Below are positions 1 to 13,560 of a stretch of 64,000 nucleotides of DNA, piece by piece. The stretch covers positions 5,704,001 through 5,768,000 of the forward strand of contig OX597834.1 in the NCBI GenBank assembly GCA_951406725.2, read 5' to 3'. The DNA is from Octopus vulgaris (taxonomy: Eukaryota). The translations under genes were made by a program, and so were the position numbers. The notes under the pieces were generated by a model. That model made no database searches and was not told the DNA's origin. It saw nothing but the letters and a program-made list of their open reading frames with translations. Each line of letters begins with the position of its first letter. Position 1 is the first letter of the stretch.

Positions 1-516
1 TATATATATATATATATATATGGCATATGAATATAGAGAAGTATATACATACAGATATTTGTGTATATTGGTGTGCATGTATATAGTCATAGATTTTTGA
101 AGCAATGCCATTAGACCACAACAAAAATATACCAGATAGTTTTAGGTAAAATTGCATATTTTTGGTAAGATTTCTATTATTTCTGAAGATTATTTCCACC
201 TATTGCATTTGCCTGGAAGAATATTTCTTAAAATATAATAATTTATGAGATTAATTACTTCTTAAACAGTTTATTTATCTTCTTGGTATGTCTTCAGGGT
301 TTAAGCATTATTTTTAATAACCATATTCCGTCTATAAACGACTTGTGTGAATTTATACACACATACTTATTTACACTTTTTTTTCATGTATGCATGTGTG
401 TGTGTCTGTATATACATATATAAACACACATACACACATATATGTATGCATGAATGAATATGTGTATGAATATATATGCAAATCTATATGTGTAGGTGTG
501 TGTGTGTTTGTATGTG

Positions 517-572
<56 letters not shown>

Positions 573-700
573 AACACACACATACAAATGCACATATATT
601 TATAAATATATATATATATGTTTATATATATATATATACCTACAGATATACCTATATGAATATATAGATATATTCATGCATAAATACACATACACACGTG

Positions 701-734
<34 letters not shown>

Positions 735-1487
735 TGTATGTATGTATGTATGTATGTATGTATGTATGTATGTGTGTGTGTGTGTGTGCATGAGTGTGAG
801 TATGTATGTCTAAAACCTTTTGCATTGATGCTTGACATGAATTTAAAATTTGTGCAAAAATACTATTTCTTACCCTATTCCCACCTATTCCCATCCTATT
901 CTTACCCTGTTCATAACAATCAATATTACACTCAGCAACTATCTAACTCACTTTCTGGGAGTTCTAGTTGTCTAGAAAGTCATGCTTATGCTCTCATATT
1001 TTGTTGCAACATTTTTGATCCACTTAGTAAATACAATGTCCTGACATTAAATTATACGTGGAGATTGATGGAGATTGAATAGTTAGTAGATAAGCAACTG
1101 TCAACGGCTTTATGATGCGTAGGACAATAAAAAAGGCATAAATCTTGAATGGTAGCTTGTATCCCACACGTATTATTCTGCGACCTGTAAGGTCAAGGAT
1201 TATTAAACTGTTGTTGTTTTAGGCACAACAAGGGCTGCAGATTTTCCTCTGGTCTGTAATATTCGGTCTTTTAAGCTTTCTGTCAGTCAGAATTTACAAG
1301 CCCCCTTTTTTACTCCTTCGTAATGCCATACACTACAGTCACCTGAAATCTTGTCTGAGACTAAATCCTTAAAAGGAAATAAATTGACAATGTCATGGGT
1401 GATTAAAATAGAAAACTCCAAGAGAATTCTTCAGACTCTCTGCACTCTGGTTTCAAAATATTTCTGGGGTCAATATTTCCTTTCATC

Positions 1488-1690
1488 AAGATGGTAAGCT
1501 GGTAGAACTGTTATCAATTCTGACAAATTTTGTCTAGTTTTACATTCTGAGTTCAAATTCCACCGAAATCAACTTTGCCTTTCATACTTTCGAGGTCAAT
1601 AAAATAAGTACCAGTCAAGTTCTGGGGTCGATGTGATTGACTTAGGCATTTCCTTGAACTTGCTGGCCTTGTGCCAAAACTTGAAACAAA
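1488..1690 (+). mobile_element. Older OK/Meta-like SINE
   Basis: ctgagttcaaattccaccg...gcctttcatactttcgaggtcaataaaataagtaccag, a diverged version of the OK-like body. Confidence 0.7.
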
Positions 1691-2160
1691 TATTTCCTTT
1701 CATCCCTGTGAAATTGATAAAGAATACTAACCCAGGGGTTAGACTAGTGAATCTTTCCCAGCATCAGATGAGTTACTTATCAATATCAGGTCTGTATGGT
1801 GGTGACACCTACAATGAAATTGATAATCTGCATCAGACTTACTTTTCTCCCTTGGAAAATATTGGTGATATGGTGTAGAAAGACTTGGACATATGGGTGC
1901 CCACTGAACTTTCACCGATGTAGAAACCTTCAGCTCTTTGTAAAATACTGTCCTTAAGGCCAATCCATATCAAGCAAGCCTTCAATTGATTATATCCCAG
2001 CCTTGACCATTCCATCTGTTTCCCATGCAAGTATGTCAGAATCTACATCAGTATCCAACGTATCCTCCTTTCTTCAATAGCTTGTGGTATGTAACAGCTT
2101 AGTGTTTTACAGATTTGCTCTTCCTTCCATTCTTCTTCAGGCATCACATCAATTTTAGTA

Positions 2161-2561
2161 TGTAACAGGATCTGGAATCGGTATCACTGAAGGGGTGTCG
2201 ATCTGATCCCGTCACATACAATTTAGTTAGATATAACAGACGAAGTCAGGTTATCTGGGAAAGACAGCAAATGTTGTTTATTACTCGTGATGGTGTACAT
2301 ATTTCTGAGGGGAAACGACAGCCGAATCTTTGTACTGCTTCTTGTTGGTTGATTGAAGTGATTTGATGTGGTCCGTTGCTAAGCCGGTGTAGAGTTCTCA
2401 GAGACTACCAAATGCACGTCTGTTCACGAGGGCTGAAAGTGCCAGAGAGTGAGTGAGTGGTCTGTGTTCTAGGGGTCAGTTTCCCGCACATGCGCATGGG
2501 GAAGACTTCCGGTGGCCACCCGGAAGTAGTCCCATTCTGCGCATGCGCGCTGAACCTTACA
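2161..2561 (-). mobile_element. Solo LTR
   Basis: 401 bp bounded by TGTAA...TTACA; near-perfect 5-bp TSD (tagta/cagta); minus-strand AATAAA near 2277; GC/CpG richer than flanks. Confidence 0.7.
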
Positions 2562-2727
2562 CAGTAGCATCACTACAAGTACATTCACCTCTTCCTCTCA
2601 TTAACTTACCTATTTATTTATTTCTCTATCTGATCAGTTACTCACATATTTATAAAGCTTACACTTGCACAATCTTTCTTTCCTTTCTCCTACAAATATA
2701 TGTATTTACACCATTATGCTTCCATAC

Positions 2728-3145
2728 CTATTTCTTTCCTACCCACAAGGGGCTAAACACAGAGAGGACAAACAAGGACAGATATAGGTATTAAGTCGAT
2801 TACATCGACCACAGTGCGTAATTGGTACTTAATTTATCGACCCCGAAAGAATGAAAGGCAAAGTCGACCTCGGCGGAATTTGAACTCAGAACATAACAGC
2901 AGACGAAATACCTATTTCTTTACTACCCACAAGGGGCTAAACACAAAGGGGACAAACAAGGACAGACATAGGTACTAAGTCGATTACATCAACCACAGTG
3001 CGTAATTGGTATTTAATTTATCGACCCCGAAAGGATGAAAATCAAAGTCGACCTCGGCAGAATTTGAACTCACAACGTAACGGCAGACGAAATACTGCTA
3101 AGCATTTCGCCCAGCATGCTAACGTTTCTGCCAGCTCGCCGCCTT
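2728..3145 (-). mobile_element. OK/Meta-like SINE, two tandem body units
   Basis: Head ggcggcgagctggcagaaacgttagc and a ~190-bp body repeated twice; flanked by cttccata(c/t)ctatt direct repeats. Confidence 0.85.
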
Positions 3146-4003
3146 ATACTTCCATATCTATTCATAGACTGCCATATTGACAAAATGCTGGTAACTTCAC
3201 TTAATATAATGAAATAATTTTAATTCCAAATGAAGCTTCAGCAAAAAATACTCTCTTGGTTTTTGTGTCTTTGGTATTGTACAGAGATAAAAGAAAGGGG
3301 CCCAATAGGTTTGCTCATTGTCCCTAAGATAAAGATTGCTGCCTTATAGAGGGCACTAGAGTAGGTGGTTCTTTCACTTCTTCACAAACTCTAAATGTGG
3401 TGATGGTGTGATTGTAGTGGGTACTAGCATAACCATAGCTGAGCAGTGTAAGTCACTGAAGAATTACCAATTCTATCTAACTCATACTGAACACTTTCTG
3501 GCCTTTAAAATGGTTGCAGGTGCTGACCACACAAAGTTCTTGACTCCTGCTTGCACTTAATCGAAGTGCCATGGGATGCTTTTGGGGTTGGGTAGATGAT
3601 CTAACACCTCAGCCTTGGGATTATTTGCAGTAATGCTTGGTCTTTGGTTCCTTCTGCCAATAACCTGAAAAAAAAATGGTAGTAAAGGTAAAGAATTCGG
3701 GGGGTCTGGAGCCAATGACAGAACAGTTTCTTAGACAAATAATATAATTCTCTTGCATCCTTTATTATCTTTACTCAAACCGTAGTCTAGCTCATTGTTG
3801 TTTCTGCCTTTTTCTGTCTTCATCAGTCGTTTCTTTATTTCTCTCTTATCTGGTTATAAATCTGCCTCCCAACCATGGTTCCATATTCAGTCCTACTGCA
3901 TGGAACCTTGGGCAAATGTTTTCTCTGAAAGTCTTGGGTCAGCCAAAACCTTTTAAGTAGCTTGGGCAGATGGAAACTGAAAGAAGCCGGTTGTACGTCT
4001 TGA

Positions 4004-4126
<123 letters not shown>

Positions 4127-4139
4127 CTCTTTTTCTTTT

Positions 4140-4545
4140 TTTTTCTCTTTTTACTTGTTTCAGTCATTTGACTGCAGCCATGCTGGAGCACCGCCTTTAG
4201 TAGAGCAAATCGACCCCAGGACTTATTCTTTGGAAGCCCAGTACTTATTCTATCAGTCTCTTTTGCTGAACCGCTAAGTTACGGGATGTAAACACACTAC
4301 CATCGGTTGTCAAGCAATAGTGGGGGGGACAAACACAAACACACAAACATACACGCACATACATACATATATACATATATACGACAGGCTTCTTTCAGTT
4401 TCCGTCTACCAAATCCACTCACAAGGCTTTGGTCGGCCTGAGGCTATAGCAGAAGACACTTGCCCAAGATGCCACACAGTGGGACTGAACCCGGAACTAT
4501 GAGGTTGGTTAGCAAGCTACTTACCACACAGCCACTACTGCGCCT
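4140..4545 (-). mobile_element. tRNA-derived CORE-like SINE (OR-type)
   Basis: A box TGGCTGTGTGG, B box-like GTTCAGTCCC, ttgggcaagt core, central (TA/TG)n, GAGTAAAA-type tail. Confidence 0.9.
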
Positions 4546-4711
4546 ATATATATTTATATATATATATATTTTTTTTTGTATTTATTTATTTATTTATTTT
4601 TTATTTATTTCAGGTCTTTTGTCTGATTTTCTTTCTGTCTGTCTATTTTGCTCGTGTTTGGAATGTGTTAATGGAAAATATCTTCTTTTTCCATTCATTT
4701 GGAATAAAGAT

Positions 4712-4920
4712 GGCTCCCGTGCTGGGGGCACATAAAAAGCACCCACTACACTCTCAGAGTGGTTGGCGTTAGGAAGGGCATCCAGCTGTAAAACCATCGC
4801 CAGACCAGATTTGAGCCTGGTGCAGCTTCCTGGCTTGCTAGTCCTCAGTCAAAATCGTCTAACCCATGCCAGCATGGAAAACGGACGTTAAACGACGATG
4901 ATGATGATGATGATGATGAT
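4712..4920 (+). mobile_element. 3' end of structured RTE-related non-autonomous retroelement
   Basis: ggttggcgttaggaagggcatccagctgta...ggacgttaaacg followed by (GAT)n tail. Confidence 0.75.
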
Positions 4921-4927
4921 ATTTGTT

Positions 4928-4958
<31 letters not shown>

Positions 4959-5196
4959 GTCTGTGTGTGTTACTGTCTCTGTATTTTGACATTGTGTGAG
5001 AATTGTAAATGTCTCTTATCATCATACAGGCTATGTCCTTCGTTTTCAATATTCAGTTGAAAAACTGTGTGGTCATGGGTAATTGTTACCTTAATTTGAA
5101 ACAGGTGAGGGCTTCTAACAGAGGGAATTTGGCTGTAAAAAAACATATTCTAGCTGATCCACACGAGTATGGAAAAGTGGACAGTAACATGCTGCT

Positions 5197-5290
5197 GTGG
5201 TTGCTGCCGCTGCTGCTACTGCTGCTGCTACTGCTACTGCTGCTGCTGCTGCTACTGCTGCTGCTGACGATGATGATGATGATGATGATA

Positions 5291-5339
<49 letters not shown>

Positions 5340-5355
5340 TGATGACGATGATGAC
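5197..5355. repeat. Compound trinucleotide repeat (GCT)n(GAT)n(GAC)n(GAT)n
   Basis: Direct reading. Confidence 0.95.
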
Positions 5356-5775
5356 ATTGTTCTCCTCTTTTTTACATGGTTCTTTTCCTCTCTCCTTCCA
5401 ATTTATTTCTCTCGACTTCTCGTCCATTTCTTGTTGGTGGTACTGCTCCAATAAAAGTTCAATGCTTGTAATTCAATTTGAAGTAGCAGAATGGTTTCTA
5501 CTTGAATGGACTTGAAATTTAATACTTTTCAGTTGAATCTGGCCATAGGGATAATGCTTCAGGCAAATCTAGCCGAGCAATTTGCATCTCATTCAGAATA
5601 TAGTACCATATCAAAAGCACTGCTACATGGTCCTTCCTGTTAAACTGCCCCGGCTACTCTCAGGCACGATTCATGGCTTCAGAAATTTTTCTCTATTTCT
5701 AAGCTTATATTCAAATGGTTTGTCAATCATTAGTATCCAATTTTCTTTTTCTCTTCACATATGGTACTAAAGAGA

Positions 5776-6793
5776 CAAGCTGGCAGAAACGTTAGCACGC
5801 CGAGTGAAGTGCTTTGCGGTATTTCATTTGCTGCTACGTTCTGAGTTCAAATTCCGCCGAGGTCGACTTTGCCTGTCATCCTTTCGGGGTGGATTAAATA
5901 AGTACCAGTTACGCACTGGGGTCGTTGTAATCGACTTAATCTGTTTGTCTGTCCTTGCTTGCCCCCTCTGTGTTTAGCCCCTTGTGGGTAGTAAAGAAAT
6001 ATTTCGTCTGCCGCTACGTTCTCAGTTCAAATTCCGCTGAGGTTGACTTTGCCTTTCATCCTTTCGGGGTCTATAAAATAAGTACCAGTTACGCACTCGG
6101 GTCAATGTAATCGACTTAATCTGTTTGTCTGTCCTTGTTTGCTCCCTCTGTGTTTAGCCCCTTGAGGGTAGTAAAGAAATAGGTATTTCGTCTGCTGCTA
6201 CGTTCTGAGTTCAAATTCCGCCAACGTTGACTTTGCCTTTCATCCTTTCGGGGTCGATTAAATAAGTACCTATTTATTTATTACCACAAGGGGCTAAACA
6301 TAGAAGGGACAAACAAGGACAGACATAGGTATTAAGTCGATTACATCGACCCCAGTGCGTAACTGGTCTTTAATTTATCGACCCCGAAAGGATGAAAGGT
6401 AAAGTCGACCTTGGTGGAATTTGAACACACAACGTAATGGCAGACGAAATACCGCAGAGTATTTTGCCCGGCATGCTAACGTTTCTACCAGCTCTCCGAT
6501 TAAATAAGTACCAGTTACGCACTGGGGTCGTTGTAATCGACTTAATCCATTTGTCTGTCCTTGTTTGCCCCTCTGTGTTTATCCCCTTGTGGGTAGTAAA
6601 CAAATAAGTATTTCATCTGCTGCTATGTTCTGAGTTCAAATTCCGCCACGGTCGACTTTGCCTTTCATCCTTTCGGGGCCGATTAAATAAGTACCAGTTA
6701 CGCACTGGGGTTGATGTAATCAACTTAATCCGTTTGTCTGTCCTTGTTTGCCCCCTCTGTGTTTAGCCCCTTGTGGGTAGTAAAGAAATAGGT
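5776..6793 (+). mobile_element. Tandem OK/Meta-like SINE array with an inverted self-insertion
   Basis: One head plus four ~185-bp bodies on +; reverse copy at 6271-6496 flanked by 16-bp TSD cgattaaataagtacc. Confidence 0.9.
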
Positions 6794-6809
6794 GTAGCAT
6801 GAAAGTTAT

Positions 6810-7223
6810 ATAACTCTTTAGCATTCGGATCATTCTGTCAAATGCAAGGCCTGTTTATTCGTATTGTTTTGAATTAATCATTCCTTATCTTGTAGCTTTG
6901 AGATTTTGACGATGTGACTGTCAATTTTTAGGTTGACATTGTACAGTAGGTACGAGAGGCCAGATCCGGCCACTTTGAACATACAGTATGATGAATATTT
7001 GGACTAGATATACTCTTTTACTCTTTTACTTGTTTCAGTCATTTTGACCGCGGCCATGCTGGAGCACCGCTTTTAGTCGAGCAAATCGACCCCGGGACTT
7101 ATTCTTTTGTAAGCCCAGTGCTTATTCTATCGGTCTCTTTTGCCAAACCGCTAAGTGACGGGGACATAAACACACCAGCATCGGTTGTCAAGCAATGCTA
7201 GGGGAACAAACACAGACACACAA

Positions 7224-7256
<33 letters not shown>

Positions 7257-7483
7257 CATATACATATATATATATATATATATATACATATATACGACAG
7301 GCTTCTTTCAGTTTTCGTCTACCAAATCCACACACAAGGCATTGGTCGGCCTGGGGCTATAGCAGAAGACACTTACCCAAGATGCCACGCAGTGGGACTG
7401 AACCCGGAACCATGTGGTTGGTTAGTAAGCTACTTACCGCACAGCCACGCCTGCGCCTGGTTACTTTAAATGCTAAAGGCTTA
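6810..7483 (+). mobile_element. piggyBac-like MITE interrupted by an OR-type SINE (7012-7458, minus)
   Basis: Ends taactctttagcatt...aatgctaaaggcttaa resemble TTAA-CCCTTTAGCATT termini; related copies at ~12770-12997 and ~15049-15990. Confidence 0.65.
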
Positions 7484-7859
7484 AAGAAGTGTGTTACCAT
7501 CCTAGTGAATGAAACTCGTAAAAAATTAAGAGCTTGGCAAGAAAGGGAACAAGTGACAGAGTTTCAAATCCAGGAGAGGGAACTTCACAAAGTAAGGGAC
7601 CGAATGTCATCACAAGTGACTGGACACTGTATTGGGTGAAACAAATTGCAAGCATAGAAAATGTATGTGTGTGTGTGTGTGCATGTGCATGTGTGTGTGT
7701 GTGTGTGTGTGTGAGGATGATGGCAAAGTTGATGATGATGGGGTTGGTGGTGTTGATTGTGGTGGAGATGATGAAGGTGGTTGTGGTGGTGGTGGTGGTG
7801 TTTGTGGTATTTTGGTCATTTCATTTAAATGCAAATTCTTTGCTTAGGCCATTCAGTAC

Positions 7860-7909
7860 ATAACACATACATATATATACATACATATATATACATGCAT
7901 ATATATACA

Positions 7910-7960
<51 letters not shown>

Positions 7961-8623
7961 ATACATATACATATATATACATATACATATATATACATAT
8001 ACATATATATACATATACATATACATATATATATATATATATACATACACAGCTATACATATGTGTGTGTATGCATATATATATATATATACGCAATGTT
8101 ATATTCAATCATCATCATCATTTAAATGCATTTAAATGGCCTGAATTACCTAAATTCATACAATTGGCCAACTTGAGTCATTCCCTATCTTCATCTTTAT
8201 ATTGCTTTACACAAATTCCTATTGGCTAAAATGCTTTCTGCTTGTTTCTCTCTATGTAAAAAATATCTCAGCCAAATGATCAGGTTGGCCCAGCTTTAAA
8301 TAAACTTTGCTGGCAAGGTGTTATTTGACCAAAATATATTTACTATAAGACCTTACCTGCTAACGACAATCAGATTTTTCTCAAAACATTTAAATACAGT
8401 TTTATGAAATGTACTTTTAATTGCATGAAATTATATTCTTTTTTTTCTAAGTGAGTCACTTTAATCATCTTTCCACAACTGAAAGTTAAATCTCATTTAA
8501 TTGAAAAATCTTGCATATGACATATGACCTTTAAGTACATCATTGCGTTACACATACATATATGTATGTATGTGTGTATGAATGTATGTAGGAATGTTTC
8601 CATATGCATACATACATATGTCC

Positions 8624-8663
<40 letters not shown>

Positions 8664-8845
8664 ATGTATATATACAAGTATGTATATACATATGTATATA
8701 TACAGTATATATATGTATATACACACACATATAGACTTATACATGTGTTTCTCTGTGTGTGTGTATAAACATATATATACTGTATATATACATTTGTATA
8801 TACATATTTGTATATATACATATATATACATATATACATATATAC

Positions 8846-8891
<46 letters not shown>

Positions 8892-9069
8892 ATATATAAA
8901 TACAGACACAGCTATGCATATGTGTGGGTATGCACACATATATATATATGCAAAGTTTTATACAATCATCACCATCATAATTTAATGTTATATAGTTATA
9001 GTTATAGATATATATATGTACATATATATATATATATATATACACACATGTAAATATATATATAACTCT

Positions 9070-9163
<94 letters not shown>

Positions 9164-9525
9164 TCACAGACTCACATATGTGTGTGTGTGTGTGGCTAAA
9201 GAACACAAGTAACACAATCACCTTCATTAGTTTTACAGATGTTTCTGCCATAAAAAGTATTGCGCTTAGAGCAGAGTCTTTGTGAAATGTCTTATATAAT
9301 CATCATCATCATCATCATCGTCATTTAACAACTGCATTGCACGTGGACATTAAATGATGATGATGATGATGATGATTGTATGTATGTATATATATATGTA
9401 TGTCTGTATATGTATGTATGTATATATATATGTGTATGTAGGTATATATATGTATTTATGTACATATATATGTATGTATGTATGTGTACATGTATGTATG
9501 TATATGTATGTATGTATATATGTAC

Positions 9526-9557
<32 letters not shown>

Positions 9558-9592
9558 ATATATATATATATGATTGTATATATATATGTATG

Positions 9593-9623
<31 letters not shown>

Positions 9624-9648
9624 GTATGTATATATATATGTATGTACG

Positions 9649-9698
<50 letters not shown>

Positions 9699-9930
9699 TA
9701 TATGTATATATATATATATGTATGTATATATATATGTATGTATGTATATATGTATGTATATATATGTATATATATATATATGTATGTATATATATATGTA
9801 TGTATATATAAAGTATATATATATATATGTATGTATATATATATGTATGTATATATAAGGTATATATATATATATATGTATGTATGTATGTATATATATA
9901 TGTATCTCTATCTATCTATCTATCTATCTA

Positions 9931-9976
<46 letters not shown>

Positions 9977-10000
9977 TACACACATATATTTACGCACATA
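7860..10000. repeat. Cluster of (TA)n/(TATG)n/(CA)n low-complexity tracts
   Basis: Direct reading; source of many YIYI ORFs. Confidence 0.95.
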
Positions 10001-10621
10001 TATTTCATATAAAATAAGAATTTAATTACGGATTATTAGTAAGTCAGTAATTAATTAAGTATACAACATACAATGTAAGTAAATCATGAAAGAGATCTAA
10101 AAAATAAATAGATTAAGTTGAATCTAATTATGGAAAATATTCTTAATTGATGTAGACAATCTTTCAGTTTCCATTTCCTCATGGTCAGTGTGTATATGTC
10201 GTAGTTAACATTATCTTCTCTCATCAGCTTGTTTCAGTCATTGGGCTGTAGCCATGCTGGAGCAATATCTTGATGGGTTTAGTCAAACCTAGGCACAGGT
10301 GTGGCTGTGTGGTAAGAAGCTTGCTTCCAAACCACAAGGCTCCAGCTTCAGTTCCACTGTCTGACACCATGGCCAAATGTCTTTTACTATTAGCCTCAGA
10401 CTGACCAAAGCTCTGTGTGTGGATTTGGTAGATATAAAGCGAAAGGAACTGCCAGATTCAAGATTGGAGTCTGGTGCAGCCATCTGGTTCGCCAGTCCTC
10501 AGTCATTATACAATGATGAATATATATATATATATATGTAGGTCCCAGGTTGAGTCGGGGTTAACCACAGTAAATAAGGTACTCAATACAGTTCTAGTCC
10601 TGTAGAAGCTCCTTCTATAAA

Positions 10622-10671
<50 letters not shown>

Positions 10672-10841
10672 CATTAATTTATATTATGATGTTTATAATT
10701 TGTATTCTTATATGTATTGAATTATAGTGTATATATGTATGCTATTAGAGTTCTCATTTTTGTTAAATAAATAAATAAGTCAACATTCTAATATCTGAAA
10801 GCTGATGAACCAACTAAATTGTTTCTCCATTTTCTTATTTG

Positions 10842-10880
<39 letters not shown>

Positions 10881-11512
10881 TATAATGGGCTTTCAGTTTC
10901 TATCTACTAAATCCATTTACAAGGCTTTGGTCAGCTATAGTAGAAGACACTTGCCCAAAGTGCCATGCAGTGGGACTGAACCCGGAACCATATATTTGGG
11001 AAGCAAGCTTTATACCCCACAGCCATGCCTGCACCTACTAAAAGTTTGTGTGTCATCCTTGTGTATAGTCAATACATCAAGAAGTAACTGATGCGTGACT
11101 GCAGTGTTTGTTTCTTCCCTGTTAAGTGCTACACAAAGGTATCTTAACGAGAAGTGCAGCTGCGTTCAGACACATGCAGGTCATGTACAAAATACATTAA
11201 CAGTCCAGAACTTTATCCTTTTTCTTTCTACACAGTTTCTTTGATATGGGAATAACTTCCAACAGAGAAATAGAAAACTCATTATTATTAGTTTGAGATC
11301 TGTTCGGTCTGCAACGTATGGTAGCGCAACAATAAATCTTGTCTTTACATTTTCTGCTGATTCTGTTGTTTTCAGTGTCTCTGTTTTTGCGAACCTTTGT
11401 ATCCACATTTCCTGTTTCACCGTGTAAAATTTCTTGTGTTTTGATCAAGTTTTTACTATGTTACTTAACAAAGCAGGTTTCTTTTTGTCATTTTTCAATT
11501 TTGTACTGTGAG

Positions 11513-12142
11513 GTATACTAGCCATCTCAATATGGCTAACCACTAAGGGTGGGTGTTACTGTAGCTTTTAGCCCCAGGAGATCATCGTCTCCAGCTGGCT
11601 TTAGGCACACTTTCTGTGCCCTTATGGTATTTGAAAAGGGAGGTCATCCCTCTCTCGTCAACCAAAGTGATACGCATGGACTGCAGTTACTAGGTATTTG
11701 CCTGTCTTCGGTGTACGGCAATCACCGGTTGTTGATGAAGGGAGACCGTTTGCAAATACTTATTTATTGTTTTTCCAGTAACTTCCGTCACTGATTTCGA
11801 AAAACTGTCTGCAAGCAATGATAAATCTCTGAATGAGATGTAAACAGTAACTGCACGACAACGTAAAGTATACTTGCCATCTCAATATGGCTAACCACTA
11901 AGGGTGGGTGTTACTGTAGCTTTTTAGCCCCAGGAGATCATCGTCTCCAGCTGGCTTCAGACACACTTTCTGTGCCCTTATGGTATTTGCAAAGGGAGGT
12001 CATCCTTCCCTCGTCAACCAAAGTGATACACACGGACTGCAGTTTCTAGGTATTGACCTGTCATCAGCGTACGACAATCACCGGTTTTCGATGAAAGGGG
12101 GTCCCAATGCAAATACCTATATCCTTTTTCCAGTAACTTTTA
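11513..12142. repeat. Tandem pair of ~275-bp diverged direct repeats (period 355 bp)
   Basis: gccatctcaatatggctaaccactaagggtgggtgttac at 11521 and 11876. Confidence 0.9.
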
Positions 12143-13051
12143 TACCTCGTTCAGAGATTTATTATTTCAATTTTGTACTTGTTTGAGTAAATGGACTTCA
12201 GCCTTGCTCCTGCAAAGCTGAAGGACATTTAAAGGGTTTCATTCAAGCAGATCGTTCTCCCACCGGTACTTGGTTTTTTCTGTAGATTGGTACTTATTTT
12301 ATTGGTCTTTTATGTCAAACTGCTAAGTTATGGGGTTGTAAAAAAATCAGCATTAGTTGCCAGGTGGTGTTAATGGGGACAAACAGACACAAACACACAC
12401 ACACACACAAACATACATATACACACACACACATACATATACACACACACATACATATACACACACTCATACACATGTACATTCACACATACACATATGA
12501 TGGGCTTCCACTGATTATACACATATTCATACACAAACATATACACATGCACATAGACAAATACACATACACACACACACACATACATATGTGATGGGCT
12601 TTCACTCAGTCTTCTTCCACCTAATTCCCTCACAAGGCCCAGGGCTATAGTAGAAGACACTTACCCAATGTGCCACACAGTGGGACTGAACCCAAAACCA
12701 TATGGTTGCCAATTAAGCTTCTTAACCAATTAGTCATGTCCACATCTATATTTTTTTTTTTTTATTTTAGTCCTTTAGCATTTGAGCTGTCCGTATCTTA
12801 TCTGGCCCAAATATTTTATCAGTTTTATATCAAAACCATCCAGATCAAACCTCTCACATTTACCCCACAATGTCATTCTGAAAATAAACAATCACATCAT
12901 TGAAATCTCAAAGTCACAAGATAATGCAGGATTAATTCAAAATGATAGGAATAAATAAGCATCATATTTGACAAAGTAATCTGAATGTCAAAAGCTTACA
13001 ACAATAGGAATTAGTAATTTTGATGTCAAAATCCACTGATAATTTCTGCAC

Positions 13052-13560
13052 TTTCTGTTGTGTCTGGGGAGAGTCATTTTATTTTTGTGCCTTATAACTT
13101 AACACACTCACCGGTAAAATTTTCCACTTATTTCTTATTTTCATTTTCCTAAAATTTTCGTTGCATCTTGCAACCTTTTCAATAGTCTTGACTCTGTTAT
13201 TTATACTGCGTTCCTTTTTGTTTGTTTGTGCGTATGTGTGTGGGTCAGTGTGTGTGTTAGGCAATTATGTACCATGTTTGTATGTATGGATGGATGTGCA
13301 TCTCTATATGTGTGGATCAGTGTCTCCATATGTGTCCTTGTGTGGAGTAAAGGTCATGTGTGTCAGTCTCCATTTGCGTATGTGTGCTTGTCTGTTCTTA
13401 TTACCTATGTACCTATCTGTCTGTATGTTGATCTACCGGCGAGTGTGTTATATTATAAGGCACAAAAAGAAAATGACTCTCCCCAGACACAACAGAATAT
13501 GCTTCAATACACAAACTCATATAAAGAATCTTGCAAACCAAATCCAAAAACGAAATTTCT
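13052..13560. mobile_element. PLE-type short repeat with internal inversion
   Basis: 13052-13115 is inverted relative to ~13435-13497; same family as 59676-60265. Confidence 0.6.
13149..13185 (-). ncRNA. Minimal type I hammerhead-like motif, U3-A8 core
   Basis: Reverse complement: cta-TTGAAAA-g-gttgca aga tgcaac-GAA-AATT-T-tag. Confidence 0.55.

Noticed and set aside
3557-3664. Minus-strand acceptor (T)nCAG followed by VIGRRNQ...PWHFD*
   Set aside because: No partner exons or recognisable protein; neighbouring sequence looks like a decayed retroelement
5009-5515. 168-aa ORF and poly-Ala/Asp/Ser ORFs
   Set aside because: Open only because of the trinucleotide tract
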